Shown: positions 1 to 11,375, numbered from the stretch's first letter. The stretch: DNA of 62,906 nucleotides from an uncultured Pseudomonadota bacterium (GCA_949290295.1 CASERH010000009.1:1-62906), one strand, 5' to 3'. The notes: generated by a model not told the origin, from the letters alone. Numbers and translations: made by a program.

Positions 1-448
1 TTTTAACATTTATAACACCCCCGTTTTTGCCAAATTGCTGACAGTGGCCTCCCTAAGCGGTATGGTCAATCTGCTGACCGGGGAAGGAATAGCTTTTTCT
101 CATTTTGATGCCCCGTTCCAGTACAAAAAATCGGTTTTGAAGATAAACGAGGGCAAAGCATTCGGAAATGTTGTCGGAATCACGGCCAGCGGAACATATT
201 CAATGCGCTATCAAGAGTTTGATGTGAAAGGGTTGATTGCACCGGCATACGGGCTAAATACCTTCATTGGCAGCATTCCGCTGGTAGGCAGCTTGTTGAG
301 TGGGCGCGACGGAACGGTTTTTGCCGCCAATTATAGTATTACCGGAGATATAGATGACCCCAAAATCAACATCAATCCGCTTTCAGCCTTAAGCCCCAAT
401 TCTCTGAAAGAGCTGATGTCATCGATGTTTGGAGCAACAGATGAATAA
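1..448 (+). CDS. AsmA/YhdP-family protein, C-terminal fragment (gene begins upstream of window)
   Basis: The frame of ORF 35..448 stays open back to base 2. The C-terminal pattern (ITGDIDDPKININPLSAL...) resembles the conserved C-terminus of AsmA-like proteins (from-memory similarity). Confidence 0.5.
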   Translation, partial: FNIYNTPVFAKLLTVASLSGMVNLLTGEGIAFSHFDAPFQYKKSVLKINEGKAFGNVVGITASGTYSMRYQEFDVKGLIAPAYGLNTFIGSIPLVGSLLSGRDGTVFAANYSITGDIDDPKININPLSALSPNSLKELMSSMFGATDE

Positions 449-923
449 AAAAGTGAAAATAAAGATTGGGCTGGATTATCATGGCGTGATAAATATGCAC
501 CCAAAATATTTCAGCGCCTTTGCTAAAGAAGCTCTGGCTCGGGGCGATGAAATTCATGTTATCACGGGCGGCAGTGAGCAAGAGGTGGCTAGTAACTTAA
601 AAAACTGGAATATTCCATACAGCAAGATATTTTCGATTCCGGACTATTATAAGGCCAAGGGAGAAGTGATTTATTTTGCAGACGGAGCGTACAAGATTCC
701 CGATGATTTGTGGGACAAGGCCAAGGCCGAATACTGCAATCTTGAAGGGATAAATATGCACGTAGACGACAGCCAAGAATATATAAAATGGTTCACAACG
801 CCTTATTGCCGCTATGATGGCAAAAATCCACAATGCATAACAGAAGACGGCCACGTTATTGATTTTAGCGCGCCACCAGCTGAGGTACTGGATTGTATTG
901 AGAAATTTATTGCCGCAAATTAA
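429..923 (+). CDS. hypothetical protein, HAD-like fold suspected
   Basis: 164-aa ORF (ATG alternative at 441). The N-terminal IGLDYHGV resembles HAD motif I but with His in place of the second Asp. No firm family assignment. Confidence 0.45.
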   Translation: MEQQMNKKVKIKIGLDYHGVINMHPKYFSAFAKEALARGDEIHVITGGSEQEVASNLKNWNIPYSKIFSIPDYYKAKGEVIYFADGAYKIPDDLWDKAKAEYCNLEGINMHVDDSQEYIKWFTTPYCRYDGKNPQCITEDGHVIDFSAPPAEVLDCIEKFIAAN

Positions 924-1002
924 TATTTTGCCTCCAACTTTACGATTTATTTAGATATTTCCTATAGAAAAAACAAAAGCCGAGATAACAAAGGGCTAAA
1001 AG

Positions 1003-1728
1003 ATGATTCGTGAAGAAATAGTTCATATTAACGGAGTGCCAAAGAAGCTGATAGTTTTTTTGCACGGCTATTTGGACAGCTCCGATGCTATTGATCAGAA
1101 GCTGCGTATGTTGAGCGATTCTCTGCCTTCTGTGGCAGTGCACATCCCGCAGGCTCCCTTTGCCTGCGAGGTTGAGCCGCATATGCGCCAATGGTATTCC
1201 ATGTACCGCTTTGATCCCGGTTATGAGCGGAAAAATGCCCCCTCAATGAAAGAGTTTATCAGCTACTATAACCGTATGACCTTAGGATTGGAAGAGGCCT
1301 ACGGATATCTCCAGCCCTATCTGGAACAAACCCTGTCAGAGTATGGTCTTGAGTATAAGGACTTATTTTTATGCGGTTTCTCGCAAGGGGCGATGACGGC
1401 GATTTACACGGCGTTAATGTGCCCGGAAGAGATAGGTGGGCTGATAAGTTTCAGCGGCATTATGGCCGGACACGAGCATTTGCTCAAGCATGCAAGGTCG
1501 CACCCAAGAACAATGTTGCTGCACGGAACCAAAGATACCTGCTTGCGCCCGCAGTCTATGGAGTTCACCGCCAAGCAGTTGGAAAAACTTGGCTGCCAGG
1601 TCGAGTGCAAAAAGCTGGCAGGCATTGGCCACGCTGTAAGCACGGAGGCCATCGAAAGCGCCATAGACTTTATCAAAAAAATCATAAAAGAAGATGATAA
1701 ATCGGAAAAATTACAAAAAATCGGCTGA
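1003..1728 (+). CDS. phospholipase/carboxylesterase-family alpha/beta hydrolase
   Basis: 241 aa with a GFSQGA nucleophile elbow, an LHG...D segment and a late GHAV His motif, typical of the esterase family. Confidence 0.75.
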   Translation: MIREEIVHINGVPKKLIVFLHGYLDSSDAIDQKLRMLSDSLPSVAVHIPQAPFACEVEPHMRQWYSMYRFDPGYERKNAPSMKEFISYYNRMTLGLEEAYGYLQPYLEQTLSEYGLEYKDLFLCGFSQGAMTAIYTALMCPEEIGGLISFSGIMAGHEHLLKHARSHPRTMLLHGTKDTCLRPQSMEFTAKQLEKLGCQVECKKLAGIGHAVSTEAIESAIDFIKKIIKEDDKSEKLQKIG

Positions 1729-1730
1729 GT

Positions 1731-2750
1731 TCAGATAAAAGGCTGAGCACTGATGAGGCCGCCTTTTTCAATCAAATAGTTTTTGTCTCTGTCAATACCG
1801 AGTTCAGATTCTTTTCCCAAATTTCGCTCAAACATTTCACTGAAGTTTCCTCTAGCTTCGACAGCCTGAGCAACCCATTTAGGATTAAGTCCGAACGATT
1901 TCCACAAGCCTTCATCTTCTCCTAAAAGGTTGCGTAAAGAGGCGTCTCTCACGCCAATGAAAGCATCGGTATTTTTAGAGGTGATTCCCTGTTGTTCGGC
2001 AAGTTTCGGAGCGTTAATGATCCATTTACCGATAATTCGCAAAGTTGGGTTAGTTTTGGCACTGTAAGCATAAATCGGACGGTAAGCGATTATTTCTGGT
2101 AGCAGTTGAATAGAACTGTCTTTAGCAACAACGCTACGATTCAAACTCCGTAAAAATATCTCACTTCCGCTGATAAGCTGACAACGATTAAGAAGAAAGG
2201 CTTGTTTTGCGGCATCTAGTGTAGGAAAGGGGAGAATCTTGAATTCAAGAGCATACCTGTGATTATACTCATTAAGATTAGCCATATCAATGGAATTGTC
2301 CAATACACAAACTTTAGCGCCCTTAAAATCCTCCATGGAAGTTGCTTTCGTTTCCTGTCTGGAGGCAAAGACTTGTTTATCATAATATAAGATGTCTATT
2401 GCGGCAACAGGCGATAAAATCTCTTGTTTTGCAGAGAGGGTAGAGTTTCCGAGCATGAAATCGACTTGATTGTTGTTAAGAGCGTATGCCGCTTTGTCTG
2501 CAGGAACATTTCTGAGGCGAAAATATTCATCGTTTCCGAAAATGGCTTGAGCAAAATTACGGCAAATATCAGCATCGATTCCTTTCCAAAAACCGTCTTC
2601 ATCTTTATAGGCAAGTGTTTTGGAAGATAGATCGGTTCCGCAAACGACATAACCTCTGCTTTTAATAAAGCGCAAGCCGGCATCATCAGCTCGCACCGGA
2701 GTAATAAACAGGCAAAGAACAAAGCTCAAAAAGATGGCATAAAGTTTCAT
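1731..2750 (-). CDS. amino-acid ABC transporter periplasmic substrate-binding protein (AapJ-like)
   Basis: Signal peptide MKLYAIFLSFVLCLF...ADD. Size and motifs fit a family-3 solute-binding protein. ATG at 2750 is preferred over the TTG at 2762. Confidence 0.7.
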   Translation of the reverse strand: MKLYAIFLSFVLCLFITPVRADDAGLRFIKSRGYVVCGTDLSSKTLAYKDEDGFWKGIDADICRNFAQAIFGNDEYFRLRNVPADKAAYALNNNQVDFMLGNSTLSAKQEILSPVAAIDILYYDKQVFASRQETKATSMEDFKGAKVCVLDNSIDMANLNEYNHRYALEFKILPFPTLDAAKQAFLLNRCQLISGSEIFLRSLNRSVVAKDSSIQLLPEIIAYRPIYAYSAKTNPTLRIIGKWIINAPKLAEQQGITSKNTDAFIGVRDASLRNLLGEDEGLWKSFGLNPKWVAQAVEARGNFSEMFERNLGKESELGIDRDKNYLIEKGGLISAQPFI

Positions 2751-2808
2751 TTTATTAACCAATTTATGTTAAAGTTATAGTTCAAGAAAAACTATAAGGC
2801 AAAATTTT

Positions 2809-3459
2809 ATGAAAAGTAACCTTTTTTTGCGAGTTATCAGCGTTTTGGTAACGATTTTATTTTTTGGCCAAGCTCAGGCTGCAGCATTAACACCCTCGCA
2901 GGCTCAAGGTTGGGCGGAAGAAAACGGCCGACTGCTGCTGGAGACGTTTAGAGAAAAAGATGCAAAAAAACGCTACAAAGATTTGGATAAGTTGCTTTTA
3001 GAGTATGTGGATTTGGAATATATCAGTCAATTTGTGGTTGGAAAATATTGGCGGACCATGAGTGCAGAGCAACAAGCAGAATACCGGCAAATATTTAAGC
3101 GTTATGCTTTAGCCTTGTATAAGACGTTTCCTTTAGATTTTGTAGATGGTTTGAGTTATGAGGTGGGCCAAGCTTATAAAGATGGCAAGTTCGTGGTTGT
3201 CCCTGCCACCGTGCATGTCGCATTAGGCGGAGATAGGCCACAAGATATTCTACTTCAGTTTAGGCTGCATAATATACAAACGGGTATTAAGCTTGTTGAT
3301 ATCAAATTGGCAGAAAGCAGTTTGATACTTTCATATCGCAGTAAATTTTATGAAATAATAGCAGCAGATGACGGAGAAATGAGCTGGTTCTTAGAAGATT
3401 TGGAGGCTATGGCGGTATCTGCTGAGAGAAATAATCAATTATACCTAGGTAGAGAATAA
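2809..3459 (+). CDS. MlaC/Ttg2D-family phospholipid-binding periplasmic protein
   Basis: 216 aa with a signal peptide. The FVVGKYWR...F..Y pattern is typical of toluene-tolerance Ttg2D/MlaC (HpnM-like) proteins. Confidence 0.65.
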   Translation: MKSNLFLRVISVLVTILFFGQAQAAALTPSQAQGWAEENGRLLLETFREKDAKKRYKDLDKLLLEYVDLEYISQFVVGKYWRTMSAEQQAEYRQIFKRYALALYKTFPLDFVDGLSYEVGQAYKDGKFVVVPATVHVALGGDRPQDILLQFRLHNIQTGIKLVDIKLAESSLILSYRSKFYEIIAADDGEMSWFLEDLEAMAVSAERNNQLYLGRE

Positions 3460-3534
3460 AAATATCCTTGAAATTATGGAGCAAAGCTTATAGTATCTGG
3501 GGTTAGTCTATAATAAAATACAGGTAAAATTCAA

Positions 3535-4857
3535 ATGAGTAACATAAAAGTCAGATTTGCGCCGAGCCCGACCGGCTATATGCATATCGGCAATACACGT
3601 ACAGCAGTGTTTAACTGGCTTCTTGCCCGCAAGTTGGGTGGAAAGTTCATGCTCCGTATAGATGATACGGATGTTTTGCGCTCCAAAAAAGAATATGAAG
3701 ATGCCCTAAGAGATATTCTGAAATGGCTGGGACTGAACTGGGAAGAAGAAGCTCGCCAATCAGCTCGCTTGGACAGATATCGGGAGGTTGTAGCCAAATT
3801 GCAGGCAGAGGGAAGAATTTATGCCTGCTATGAAACGGCAGAAGAATTGGAGGTTATGCGCAAACGTCTGATGAACAGAGGTTTGCCGCCGATCTATGAT
3901 CGTGGTGCATTGAGCCTGACCAACGAGCAAATAGCTGCTTATGAGGCAGAAGGCAGACGCCCGCATTACCGTTTTAAGCTGGTTCCGGGTGTGATTGAGT
4001 GGCAGGATTTGGTTCGTGGCCATTGCCGCTACGATGCTGCCAATCTGGCAGATCCGGTTATCATCAGAGAAGATGGTTCTTTCTTATATCATTTGCCCTC
4101 TGTTATTGATGACGCCGATTTTGGCATTACGCACATCATCAGAGGAGAAGACCACGTTACCAACACAGCTTTGCAGATTCAGATGTTTGAGGCCTTAGGA
4201 GCAAAGGTTCCGGAGTTTGGGCATTTGCCGCTTTTGACCGGTACTGAGGGCAAGCTCTCCAAACGTTTGGGTTCACTTGGTGTCAGAGAGCTAAGAGAAG
4301 AGGGAATAGAGGCCATGGCCATCAGTTCTTTCTTGGCCAAGCTCGGAACATCTGAGGCTATCGAGCCGTTTTATGATTTGGATACTTTGGCAGCAAGCTT
4401 GGATTTAAGCAAGCTTGGCCGCTCGCAGCCCAAATTTGATGTCGAGGAGTTGCGCAATTTCAACACCCACTATGTCCGCTCCCTTCCTTATGAAAAAGTG
4501 GCGGCAAGGATTGGCGTCAATGAAGAATTTTGGAACTCTGTCAGAGGCAACTTGAATGTGGTTGCAGATATTAATGTTTGGAAAAAAATCTGCTGTCAAA
4601 AACTTAAACCTGTACTTGAGGATGCTGAGCTAACCAAACAGGCAGCCGGAGTTTTGCCGCCGGAGCCATGGAACGGTGAGACCTATTCCGCATGGATATC
4701 AGAGCTCAAAAAAATGAGTGGCAAGTCAGGCCGGGTGCTGTTCCACCCCATTCGTATGGCCCTAACGGCAGCGGCAGAAGGACCGGAGTTAAAAGCCTTA
4801 CTGCCTTTGATCGGCAGAGAAAAAGCTTATAGCCGTTTGATGGGAATCGAGGCATAA
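3535..4857 (+). CDS. gltX: glutamate--tRNA ligase
   Basis: FAPSPTGYMHIGNTRTA (HIGH motif) and KLSKR (KMSKS motif); 440 aa. Confidence 0.95.
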   Translation: MSNIKVRFAPSPTGYMHIGNTRTAVFNWLLARKLGGKFMLRIDDTDVLRSKKEYEDALRDILKWLGLNWEEEARQSARLDRYREVVAKLQAEGRIYACYETAEELEVMRKRLMNRGLPPIYDRGALSLTNEQIAAYEAEGRRPHYRFKLVPGVIEWQDLVRGHCRYDAANLADPVIIREDGSFLYHLPSVIDDADFGITHIIRGEDHVTNTALQIQMFEALGAKVPEFGHLPLLTGTEGKLSKRLGSLGVRELREEGIEAMAISSFLAKLGTSEAIEPFYDLDTLAASLDLSKLGRSQPKFDVEELRNFNTHYVRSLPYEKVAARIGVNEEFWNSVRGNLNVVADINVWKKICCQKLKPVLEDAELTKQAAGVLPPEPWNGETYSAWISELKKMSGKSGRVLFHPIRMALTAAAEGPELKALLPLIGREKAYSRLMGIEA

Positions 4858-4870
4858 AGGAACCAAAGAG

Positions 4871-6244
4871 ATGCAAATATCACTTTATAACACACTGCGC
4901 CGCAGAAAAGAAGAGTTTACCCCCATAGATGCTTCTAATGTGAGGATGTACGTTTGCGGCCCCACGGTTTATGATCGCGCGCATTTGGGCAATGCCAAAA
5001 CGCCGGTAGCTTTTGATGTTTTGTACCGCCTACTGAGATATGTCTACGGGCCGGAACACGTAACCTATGTTTCCAACATTACCGATGTTGATGACAAGAT
5101 ATTAAACAAGCACAAAGAGACCGGAAAATCGATTCGAGAGATTACGGAGGAAACCTACCAGTGGTATATTGACGATATGGCCAAACTAAACGTTTTGGCT
5201 CCGAATTATCGTCCGCGTGCAACTGAATATATTGATGAGATGATAGAGCTGGTAAAGCTCTTGTTACAAAACGGACATGCCTATGAGGCAGAAGGCCATG
5301 TTTTGTTTGATGTCGATTCGATGCCGGGCTACGGCTATTTATCTGGTCGCTCCATGAAAGAGATGTTGGCCGGTGCCAGAATAGAGGTGGCAGATTATAA
5401 GAAAAATCCGGCAGATTTTATTTTATGGAAGCCCTCATCACCGGACCAGCCCGGCTGGGATAGCCCTTGGGGTTATGGGCGTCCGGGATGGCATTTGGAA
5501 TGCTCGGCAATGAGCTCAAAGTTGCTGGGTAACACATTTGATATTCACGGCGGCGGTTCAGATTTAATATTTCCGCACCACGAGAACGAGTGTGCTCAAT
5601 CCTTGTGTGCTCACCCCGGAGAGAAATTCGCCAAATATTGGGTCCATAGCGGCATGCTGATGGTAGACGGTGTCAAGATGAGCAAATCTTTGGGCAACTT
5701 CTATCTGATAGATGAGGTTTTGGAGAAAGCTCCGGCCGAGGCCTTGCGCCTTTTGTTTTTAAGCACACATTATCACCAACCGTTTAACTTCACGTTTGAA
5801 GGCTTAAATCAGGCTAAAGCAACTTTGGATAAGTTTTATAATGCGTTGCTGCGGGTAAAAGAGGTGGAAACGGTCAAAGCCGAACCCGATGAGAGAGTTG
5901 TTGCCGCCTTGGCTGATGATATGAACACGCCGTTGGCTTTGAGCCATCTGCATGAGTTGGCTAATATTTTAAACAAGGCCTCTACGGTAGAAGCCCAAAA
6001 AGAGGCAAAAGCCAGATTGCTGGCTTCGGCGGAGTTGCTTGGAATTTTGTGGCAAGATCCCGAAAAGTGGTTCAAAGGTGGCAATGATGATGAAGCGGCC
6101 ATGATTGAAGCTAAAATAGCCGAGCGTGCAGCAGCCAAGAAGGCTAAAGACTATGCCTTGGCAGATAAAATCCGAGAGAAGTTAAAAGCCCAAGGGATAA
6201 TACTGGAAGATACACCGCAAGGCACTACCTGGAAAAAAGCTTAA
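4871..6244 (+). CDS. cysS: cysteine--tRNA ligase
   Basis: CGPTVYDRAHLGN (HIGH), KMSKSLGN, and a WHLECSAM zinc-site region; 457 aa. Confidence 0.95.
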   Translation: MQISLYNTLRRRKEEFTPIDASNVRMYVCGPTVYDRAHLGNAKTPVAFDVLYRLLRYVYGPEHVTYVSNITDVDDKILNKHKETGKSIREITEETYQWYIDDMAKLNVLAPNYRPRATEYIDEMIELVKLLLQNGHAYEAEGHVLFDVDSMPGYGYLSGRSMKEMLAGARIEVADYKKNPADFILWKPSSPDQPGWDSPWGYGRPGWHLECSAMSSKLLGNTFDIHGGGSDLIFPHHENECAQSLCAHPGEKFAKYWVHSGMLMVDGVKMSKSLGNFYLIDEVLEKAPAEALRLLFLSTHYHQPFNFTFEGLNQAKATLDKFYNALLRVKEVETVKAEPDERVVAALADDMNTPLALSHLHELANILNKASTVEAQKEAKARLLASAELLGILWQDPEKWFKGGNDDEAAMIEAKIAERAAAKKAKDYALADKIREKLKAQGIILEDTPQGTTWKKA

Positions 6245-6257
6245 AACCACAAAAAAA

Positions 6258-6286
6258 CAGCCTCTTCAAAAGGGGCTGTTTTTTTG
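6258..6286 (+). terminator. rho-independent terminator after cysS
   Basis: CAGCCTCT-tcaaa-AGGGGCTG stem followed by a T7 run. Confidence 0.8.
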
Positions 6287-6451
6287 TTGGGTGTCGATTT
6301 TTTTGACTCAGAAACATCGTCGTCAATTTCTGAATTTATAAGTTTGTTGTATCATTAAAAGGACTAATGATACTTTCAATTATAAACCAAAAGCAGAGGT
6401 TGAAAAGGCGGATTAATTCCGAAACACTAAACGAAAAATTCGTACACCGCG

Positions 6452-7021
6452 CTATGCGCGCCCGCAAGAAGATGAAAGATGCAACGGGTCAATACCTAAG
6501 GTCTCAAGCGCCTTTTCCCATTTGTCCTCATCTTTGGTGCGAAAGATAAGCTCAGGGGATGCCGGAGCCACCAGCCAGAAGTTGTTGATGATTTCTTTTT
6601 CAAGTTGTTGTGGCGCCCAGTTGGCATAGCCAAGAGCAATGAGATTCTCTCTTGGACCTACGCCAAAAGCAATATCTGTTAGGATATCAACAGAGGAAGA
6701 TATGGCGATTCCGCCGCCGGGAGCAATCGTGTCGCCTCTGAGATAATCCATAGAATGCAAGACAAAACCTCTGACCTTGTCTAAAGGCCCGCCGAGATAC
6801 AGACTTATAGGGGTCGAGTGGTAGGGAATATTGATATGCAAAGGCACTGCCAAGTCATTAAATGAAAATTCTTTGATTCGTTTGTTAACGACAAACCCAA
6901 CCGCCCCGTCTTTGCTGTGAGAGCAAAGATAGATGACGGACCTGGTAAAATTCTCATCTTCAAGAGCCGGGGTTGAGATCAAGCATTTTCCGGCCAGATA
7001 ATCTGTCAAATTCTTTTCCAT
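6452..7021 (-). CDS. YqgE/AlgH-family protein (UPF0301)
   Basis: The LIS(T)P.L.D.NF.R(S)VIYLC.H...GA.G.V(V)N pattern is present. The internal ATG at 7021 gives the family-typical ~189 aa and removes the overlap with the next gene. Confidence 0.8.
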   Translation of the reverse strand: MEKNLTDYLAGKCLISTPALEDENFTRSVIYLCSHSKDGAVGFVVNKRIKEFSFNDLAVPLHINIPYHSTPISLYLGGPLDKVRGFVLHSMDYLRGDTIAPGGGIAISSSVDILTDIAFGVGPRENLIALGYANWAPQQLEKEIINNFWLVAPASPELIFRTKDEDKWEKALETLGIDPLHLSSSCGRA

Positions 7022-7119
7022 TTTATCCCTAAGAGTGTTTTTCTCGTTTACTACACCATTATATTGTAACATAATATATCGTAATTGAAAAATAAAATTT
7101 AAATACCCAGAGAAAATAA

Positions 7120-9792
7120 ATGTCATTTATATTCAGAATAATTTTATGTGGTTGTTTTCTTCTCGTCCCTTGGCAGGTTGCCAATGCCCAGGGCGGCAAA
7201 GTTATTTTGGATATAAAGGAAGATAAAAGAGAGCTGATAGACTACCCCAATCTTTATAAAGAATATATAGAAGAGGTAAAAGAGTTTGATAAAAAATATC
7301 CCGGCAATAAGATAGAGGAAGACTTTAGCGATGATGTTTTGTCACTCCACCCCGACTACAGCGATGAAGAAGCCGAAAACAAAACAGTGCTCTTAAGGCT
7401 GGGTATTAAAGGTTTCAGAAGCTACCAATTTTGGAAAGAAAAGATACAAGATTTTTTGCTGGAAAATGAGATTCCGTTGCAATTCGATGATGACGAATAT
7501 GAGATGGGTGAAGCTGTTGCGTACCAGAAAACGGATAAGCCTTTAATTATCAAAGATTTTAAGAAGGTCGTGGCCTACTCAGATTCACAAAGAGATAAGG
7601 CCGCCATAGAAGATAAATTGGCCAGGGATTCCGGACGTATGACCCCCTATGAGCGTAGACAGATAATGAAAAAAGCTTTACTGGACAGGGACTGGAAAAC
7701 GTTGCTGTCATATGGATTGTTTGATGGTACGGTTTTAAATGATAAGAGAGGAATTGGGGAGTGGAACAAAACGGAGGAATTGCAGGCAAGGCTCTTATCA
7801 ACCGTCAAGACAATAGTAAAGTTAAAAGAACAAGAAGAACAGAGTATAGAAGGGGCACTGCAACTCTACACTATGCCCGGATGGTTTTTATTAAATCGCG
7901 AATATCAGGGGCATCAGGGTTTGCGTGTTGATTTCACGAGATCTGAAAATTTAAAATCAATAGCACTCAATTGGCCTTTACCGCAAAGATATTTCATAAA
8001 TTTAAATGAGAGTTTCAGCGGCTATTTGGGGCTAACGACCATTCCTTTCAAGGCAACAATAAAAGATGCAGCTAAGGAGCTGGTGCTGATTGCCGATATA
8101 TCAGCCGGAATGTGTAATGAAAAAGGTTGTAAGCTGGTAAAACTACATCCCGCATTAAAATTACTTCCCGGCGACAAAGAGGAAGAGAGCTCTTCAGCCG
8201 TAAGCTTGCGACTGATAGCAGAACAAAGCCCTAAAACGCAAAGTGAAGACTTAAAGCTTGAGCGTCTGGTGGTAGAAGATGGCAAGCCTCAGGTCTTGCG
8301 TTTGGAAGCATATTCCGAGGATGCACCTTCAAGCTTTGATGCGTTTATAGAGGGAGATGGGCCGGAAGAATTTTTGCCACCATTGGTTAGAATAGACGGC
8401 CATAGAATAATCGCACGTTTTGTGCCGGTAGATTCGCAGGCAAACCTTGAAGGAAGAGAGTTCAGCATTGTAGCCGGAACAGCTCCAAATATGGCCGTCC
8501 GTCAGAGTATGAAAGCTCAAAAAGCCTCCCTGATTGATACGGAAGAAAACAAGCTAAATCTAAGATGGTTGTGGCTGGCTTTTCTGGGGGGATTGCTTCT
8601 GAATGTGATGCCTTGCGTCTTTCCTGTTTTGGCCTTAAAGGTCATGTCTTTTTCCGGATTTGGCGCGCTTAATTTGCCGCAAATCAGAAAAACATTTTGT
8701 GCCAATTTGCTGGGCATAGCCAGCTCTTTTGTTTTACTTATTCTTGGGCTGATAAGTCTGAAAGAATTAGGAAAAGCCATCGGCTGGGGCATGCAATTTC
8801 AAAGTACAGGCTTTTTGACCGTGATGGTCTTCGTTATCAGCGGATTCATTGCCCACTTGTGGGGACTAATACAGTTGCCAGGCCCAGGTTTTTGGGAAAA
8901 CATCATCAACCGCCAAAAAAGCGAGTTTATGATACAGTTTCTGAGTGGAGCATTTGTGGTGCTGCTCTCCACATCTTGCACGGCGCCATATTTAGGAACG
9001 GTTCTTGGCCTAGCACTGGCGGGAACGCCTTGGGAAATAGCTCTAACCTTAAGCTGCGTGGGCTTGGGTTTGGCGGCTCCTTATATCTTGTTTGCATCGT
9101 TTCCGTCCGCCGCGTTTTATATGCCAAGACCGGGCAAATGGTTGCGCTGGATAAATTTACTGATGTTTGCATTTCTATTTGCCACTTTGGCTTGGTTGTT
9201 ATCTTTACTGGAAGCTCAAAAAGGTGGCGTCATATGGTGGCAATTTAGTTTGTTTATAGGAGCGTTTTGGCTGTTGCTGTTGTTTAGAAAATTAGCTTTT
9301 AATGCTTTAGAAGAACAGGAGCAAGATGCCGATATTTATAATAAAGTTCGGCAGATATTTAATATCGGAACAATAGTCCTGAGTGTGGGGTTGATTGTGT
9401 GGGCGACTAATGTCTCAGAAATTTCAAAGCCTAAAGAAAAACAAGATTTTTCAATTGCGCAAGAACACAAGCAAATAGAGCAACACTTGAATGAAGGACA
9501 CATGGTTTTGCTAAAAATAGGCGCTGACTGGTGTTTAAGTTGCAAGTATAATGATTTTGCCGCCTTTGATGCGCCGCAGGTAAAACAATTGGTGGAGAAA
9601 TATGGCATTGTTGAGATGACAATAAACTGGACCGATTATGACGAGGAGGTCCTGTCCTTCATGCAAAAGTTTGGCCGTAGCGGTTTGCCTTTTTATGTGA
9701 TCTTCACACCCCAAATCCCCTCCGGCATGGTCTTGCCGGAGATATTAAATGAGCAGGATCTGAGAAGAACTATTGAGGCTCTTGCGAACTAG
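7120..9792 (+). CDS. DsbD/ScsB-family thiol:disulfide interchange protein with a large N-terminal periplasmic domain
   Basis: 890 aa: signal peptide, a ~480-aa N-terminal domain, a multi-TM core ([17 protein letters not shown] Cys motifs) and a C-terminal thioredoxin fold (WCLSCK). Confidence 0.8.
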   Translation: MSFIFRIILCGCFLLVPWQVANAQGGKVILDIKEDKRELIDYPNLYKEYIEEVKEFDKKYPGNKIEEDFSDDVLSLHPDYSDEEAENKTVLLRLGIKGFRSYQFWKEKIQDFLLENEIPLQFDDDEYEMGEAVAYQKTDKPLIIKDFKKVVAYSDSQRDKAAIEDKLARDSGRMTPYERRQIMKKALLDRDWKTLLSYGLFDGTVLNDKRGIGEWNKTEELQARLLSTVKTIVKLKEQEEQSIEGALQLYTMPGWFLLNREYQGHQGLRVDFTRSENLKSIALNWPLPQRYFINLNESFSGYLGLTTIPFKATIKDAAKELVLIADISAGMCNEKGCKLVKLHPALKLLPGDKEEESSSAVSLRLIAEQSPKTQSEDLKLERLVVEDGKPQVLRLEAYSEDAPSSFDAFIEGDGPEEFLPPLVRIDGHRIIARFVPVDSQANLEGREFSIVAGTAPNMAVRQSMKAQKASLIDTEENKLNLRWLWLAFLGGLLLNVMPCVFPVLALKVMSFSGFGALNLPQIRKTFCANLLGIASSFVLLILGLISLKELGKAIGWGMQFQSTGFLTVMVFVISGFIAHLWGLIQLPGPGFWENIINRQKSEFMIQFLSGAFVVLLSTSCTAPYLGTVLGLALAGTPWEIALTLSCVGLGLAAPYILFASFPSAAFYMPRPGKWLRWINLLMFAFLFATLAWLLSLLEAQKGGVIWWQFSLFIGAFWLLLLFRKLAFNALEEQEQDADIYNKVRQIFNIGTIVLSVGLIVWATNVSEISKPKEKQDFSIAQEHKQIEQHLNEGHMVLLKIGADWCLSCKYNDFAAFDAPQVKQLVEKYGIVEMTINWTDYDEEVLSFMQKFGRSGLPFYVIFTPQIPSGMVLPEILNEQDLRRTIEALAN

Positions 9793-10234
9793 ATTGAGCA
9801 AGATATGCCTTTGCTTGGTCACGAGCCAGTTTATCAACACGTTCATTTTCAGGGTGCCCGTTGTGCCCTTTAACCCATACCCACTTGATCTTATGCTGGG
9901 ATAGAAGACCATCAAGCTCTTGCCAGAGTTCAAGATTTTTGACCGCTGATTTTTTATTGGTGGTTTTCCAGTTATTGAGTTTCCAATTGGGCATCCACTT
10001 GGTTACCCCATCCATCACATAGCGGCTGTCGGTATAAAGGGTGATCTGGCATGTCTTTTTCAAAGCTTTCAGAGCCTCGATAACGGCTTTTAGCTCCATT
10101 CGATTATTCGTGGTCAGAGCCTCTCCGCCACTCAGCTCTTTTTCGGTTTTGCCATAGCGCAGAATAACACCCCAACCGCCGGCACCGGGGTTGCCGGAAC
10201 ATGCTCCGTCGGTATAGATTTCAATCTCCGGCAT
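9770..10234 (-). CDS. rnhA: ribonuclease HI
   Basis: [17 protein letters not shown]...TNNRMEL...DS.Y...W...GH.G...NE..D signature; 154 aa. Confidence 0.92.
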   Translation of the reverse strand: MPEIEIYTDGACSGNPGAGGWGVILRYGKTEKELSGGEALTTNNRMELKAVIEALKALKKTCQITLYTDSRYVMDGVTKWMPNWKLNNWKTTNKKSAVKNLELWQELDGLLSQHKIKWVWVKGHNGHPENERVDKLARDQAKAYLAQSSSQEPQ

Positions 10235-11301
10235 TAGAGTTCTCCGGCCACATATTCACTGAAAAACTCTGCCAAGAGTTGGGTCGAATTTTCTTCTCCG
10301 CGAATAACTTTTGCCACATAAGAGCGCAGCTTGTTTTTGGGTATATAAATTCTGAAATCTCTCGGCGCAGCTTGGTCAGCACCGATAACCCCTTCAAGCT
10401 TAAAGTCTTCGTCAATATAAGGAGAGAGAATAATTTCCACATTGCAAAATTTGATGATGCCTCTGGGCGGCAACCGTAGCTCAGGCCTGGTGATAAGATT
10501 AAGTTGTCCCTCAATTCCGGGGATGGAGTCCATCTGATTATAATTGGCAAAACGTACTTTGTTGTATTCTCCGCCATCTTCTATGACACGGCAAGAGAGA
10601 TAAAGCTCTCTGGCAATAACATTACTACTGTTTGAGGCTTGGAGAGCAAAGCTGATTTTGACATATTGAGAAGGAGGGTTATCAATGCTGTTGGGGTAAA
10701 GCATATCTTCATCAACATTTTCAAGGGCCTCAATTTTGCGGTCTCCCATCAGGAGCTCAACATTTGGCTGAGGAGCTTTGCCAAACATTCCGGCAATTAC
10801 GGCATAAGGAGCAGGAACATTGTTAGAGCCTGAGCGGATATAAATACTATTGCTGCCGGTTGTCATAAGCGGGGCAATATCGCACTTGGGAATATAGGTT
10901 GCCACAAACCCGTCTCCGTTTTCATCGACACTGACAATGTGGTTGCGCACTTTGTTGTGGCTGGGAATGGTGCACCCGGAGATGGCGTTTTCAAGCCAGC
11001 TCAAGAAACGGTGCACGTTTCTGACTTTCACTTTAGCTTTTGCCACATCGCCGGCTTCCAGGTCTCTGGAACACTCCACGCCCCAAAGCACCACGCCGCC
11101 TTCGGAGTTTCCAAAACCGGAAATGGCTTTGGCCAAGTTTTTGCGGTCATCGCGGTGGAGAGTGGTAAAATTTTTGCCATCAGAAACGGCTTGTTTAAAA
11201 TCCAAAAACAGCTCTTCGGTTTGGCGGTTTAAGATAAACTCATCAATGGCATCTTCACCAAAATAGATGAGTTTCTGAAAGATATCTTCTGCGCGAGACA
11301 T
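10234..11301 (-). CDS. AlbA_2 (Schlafen-like) domain protein with an uncharacterised ~220-aa C-terminal domain
   Basis: N-terminal E..FLDFK ... [17 protein letters not shown] matches the AlbA_2/putative DNA-binding domain pattern. Its stop overlaps the rnhA start (TAATG). Confidence 0.6.
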   Translation of the reverse strand: MSRAEDIFQKLIYFGEDAIDEFILNRQTEELFLDFKQAVSDGKNFTTLHRDDRKNLAKAISGFGNSEGGVVLWGVECSRDLEAGDVAKAKVKVRNVHRFLSWLENAISGCTIPSHNKVRNHIVSVDENGDGFVATYIPKCDIAPLMTTGSNSIYIRSGSNNVPAPYAVIAGMFGKAPQPNVELLMGDRKIEALENVDEDMLYPNSIDNPPSQYVKISFALQASNSSNVIARELYLSCRVIEDGGEYNKVRFANYNQMDSIPGIEGQLNLITRPELRLPPRGIIKFCNVEIILSPYIDEDFKLEGVIGADQAAPRDFRIYIPKNKLRSYVAKVIRGEENSTQLLAEFFSEYVAGEL

Positions 11302-11375
11302 AATAAAGCTCCACTATTAGAAATAAGATACCTTAAACTAGCACAAAGAATCTTAAGATTCGGATAATAAAGGGC

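Noticed and set aside
6367-6549. 60-aa ORF in the cysS/yqgE intergenic region.
   Set aside because: It overlaps the 3' end of the YqgE-family gene on the opposite strand. It has no SD and is basic and low-complexity, so it is likely spurious.
9770-9792. Convergent 3' overlaps: the DsbD-like gene and rnhA overlap by 23 nt, and elbB and hpnE overlap by 4 nt at 13432-13435.
   Set aside because: These are real in the sequence but common in compact genomes. There is no evidence of antisense regulation, so they are only noted.
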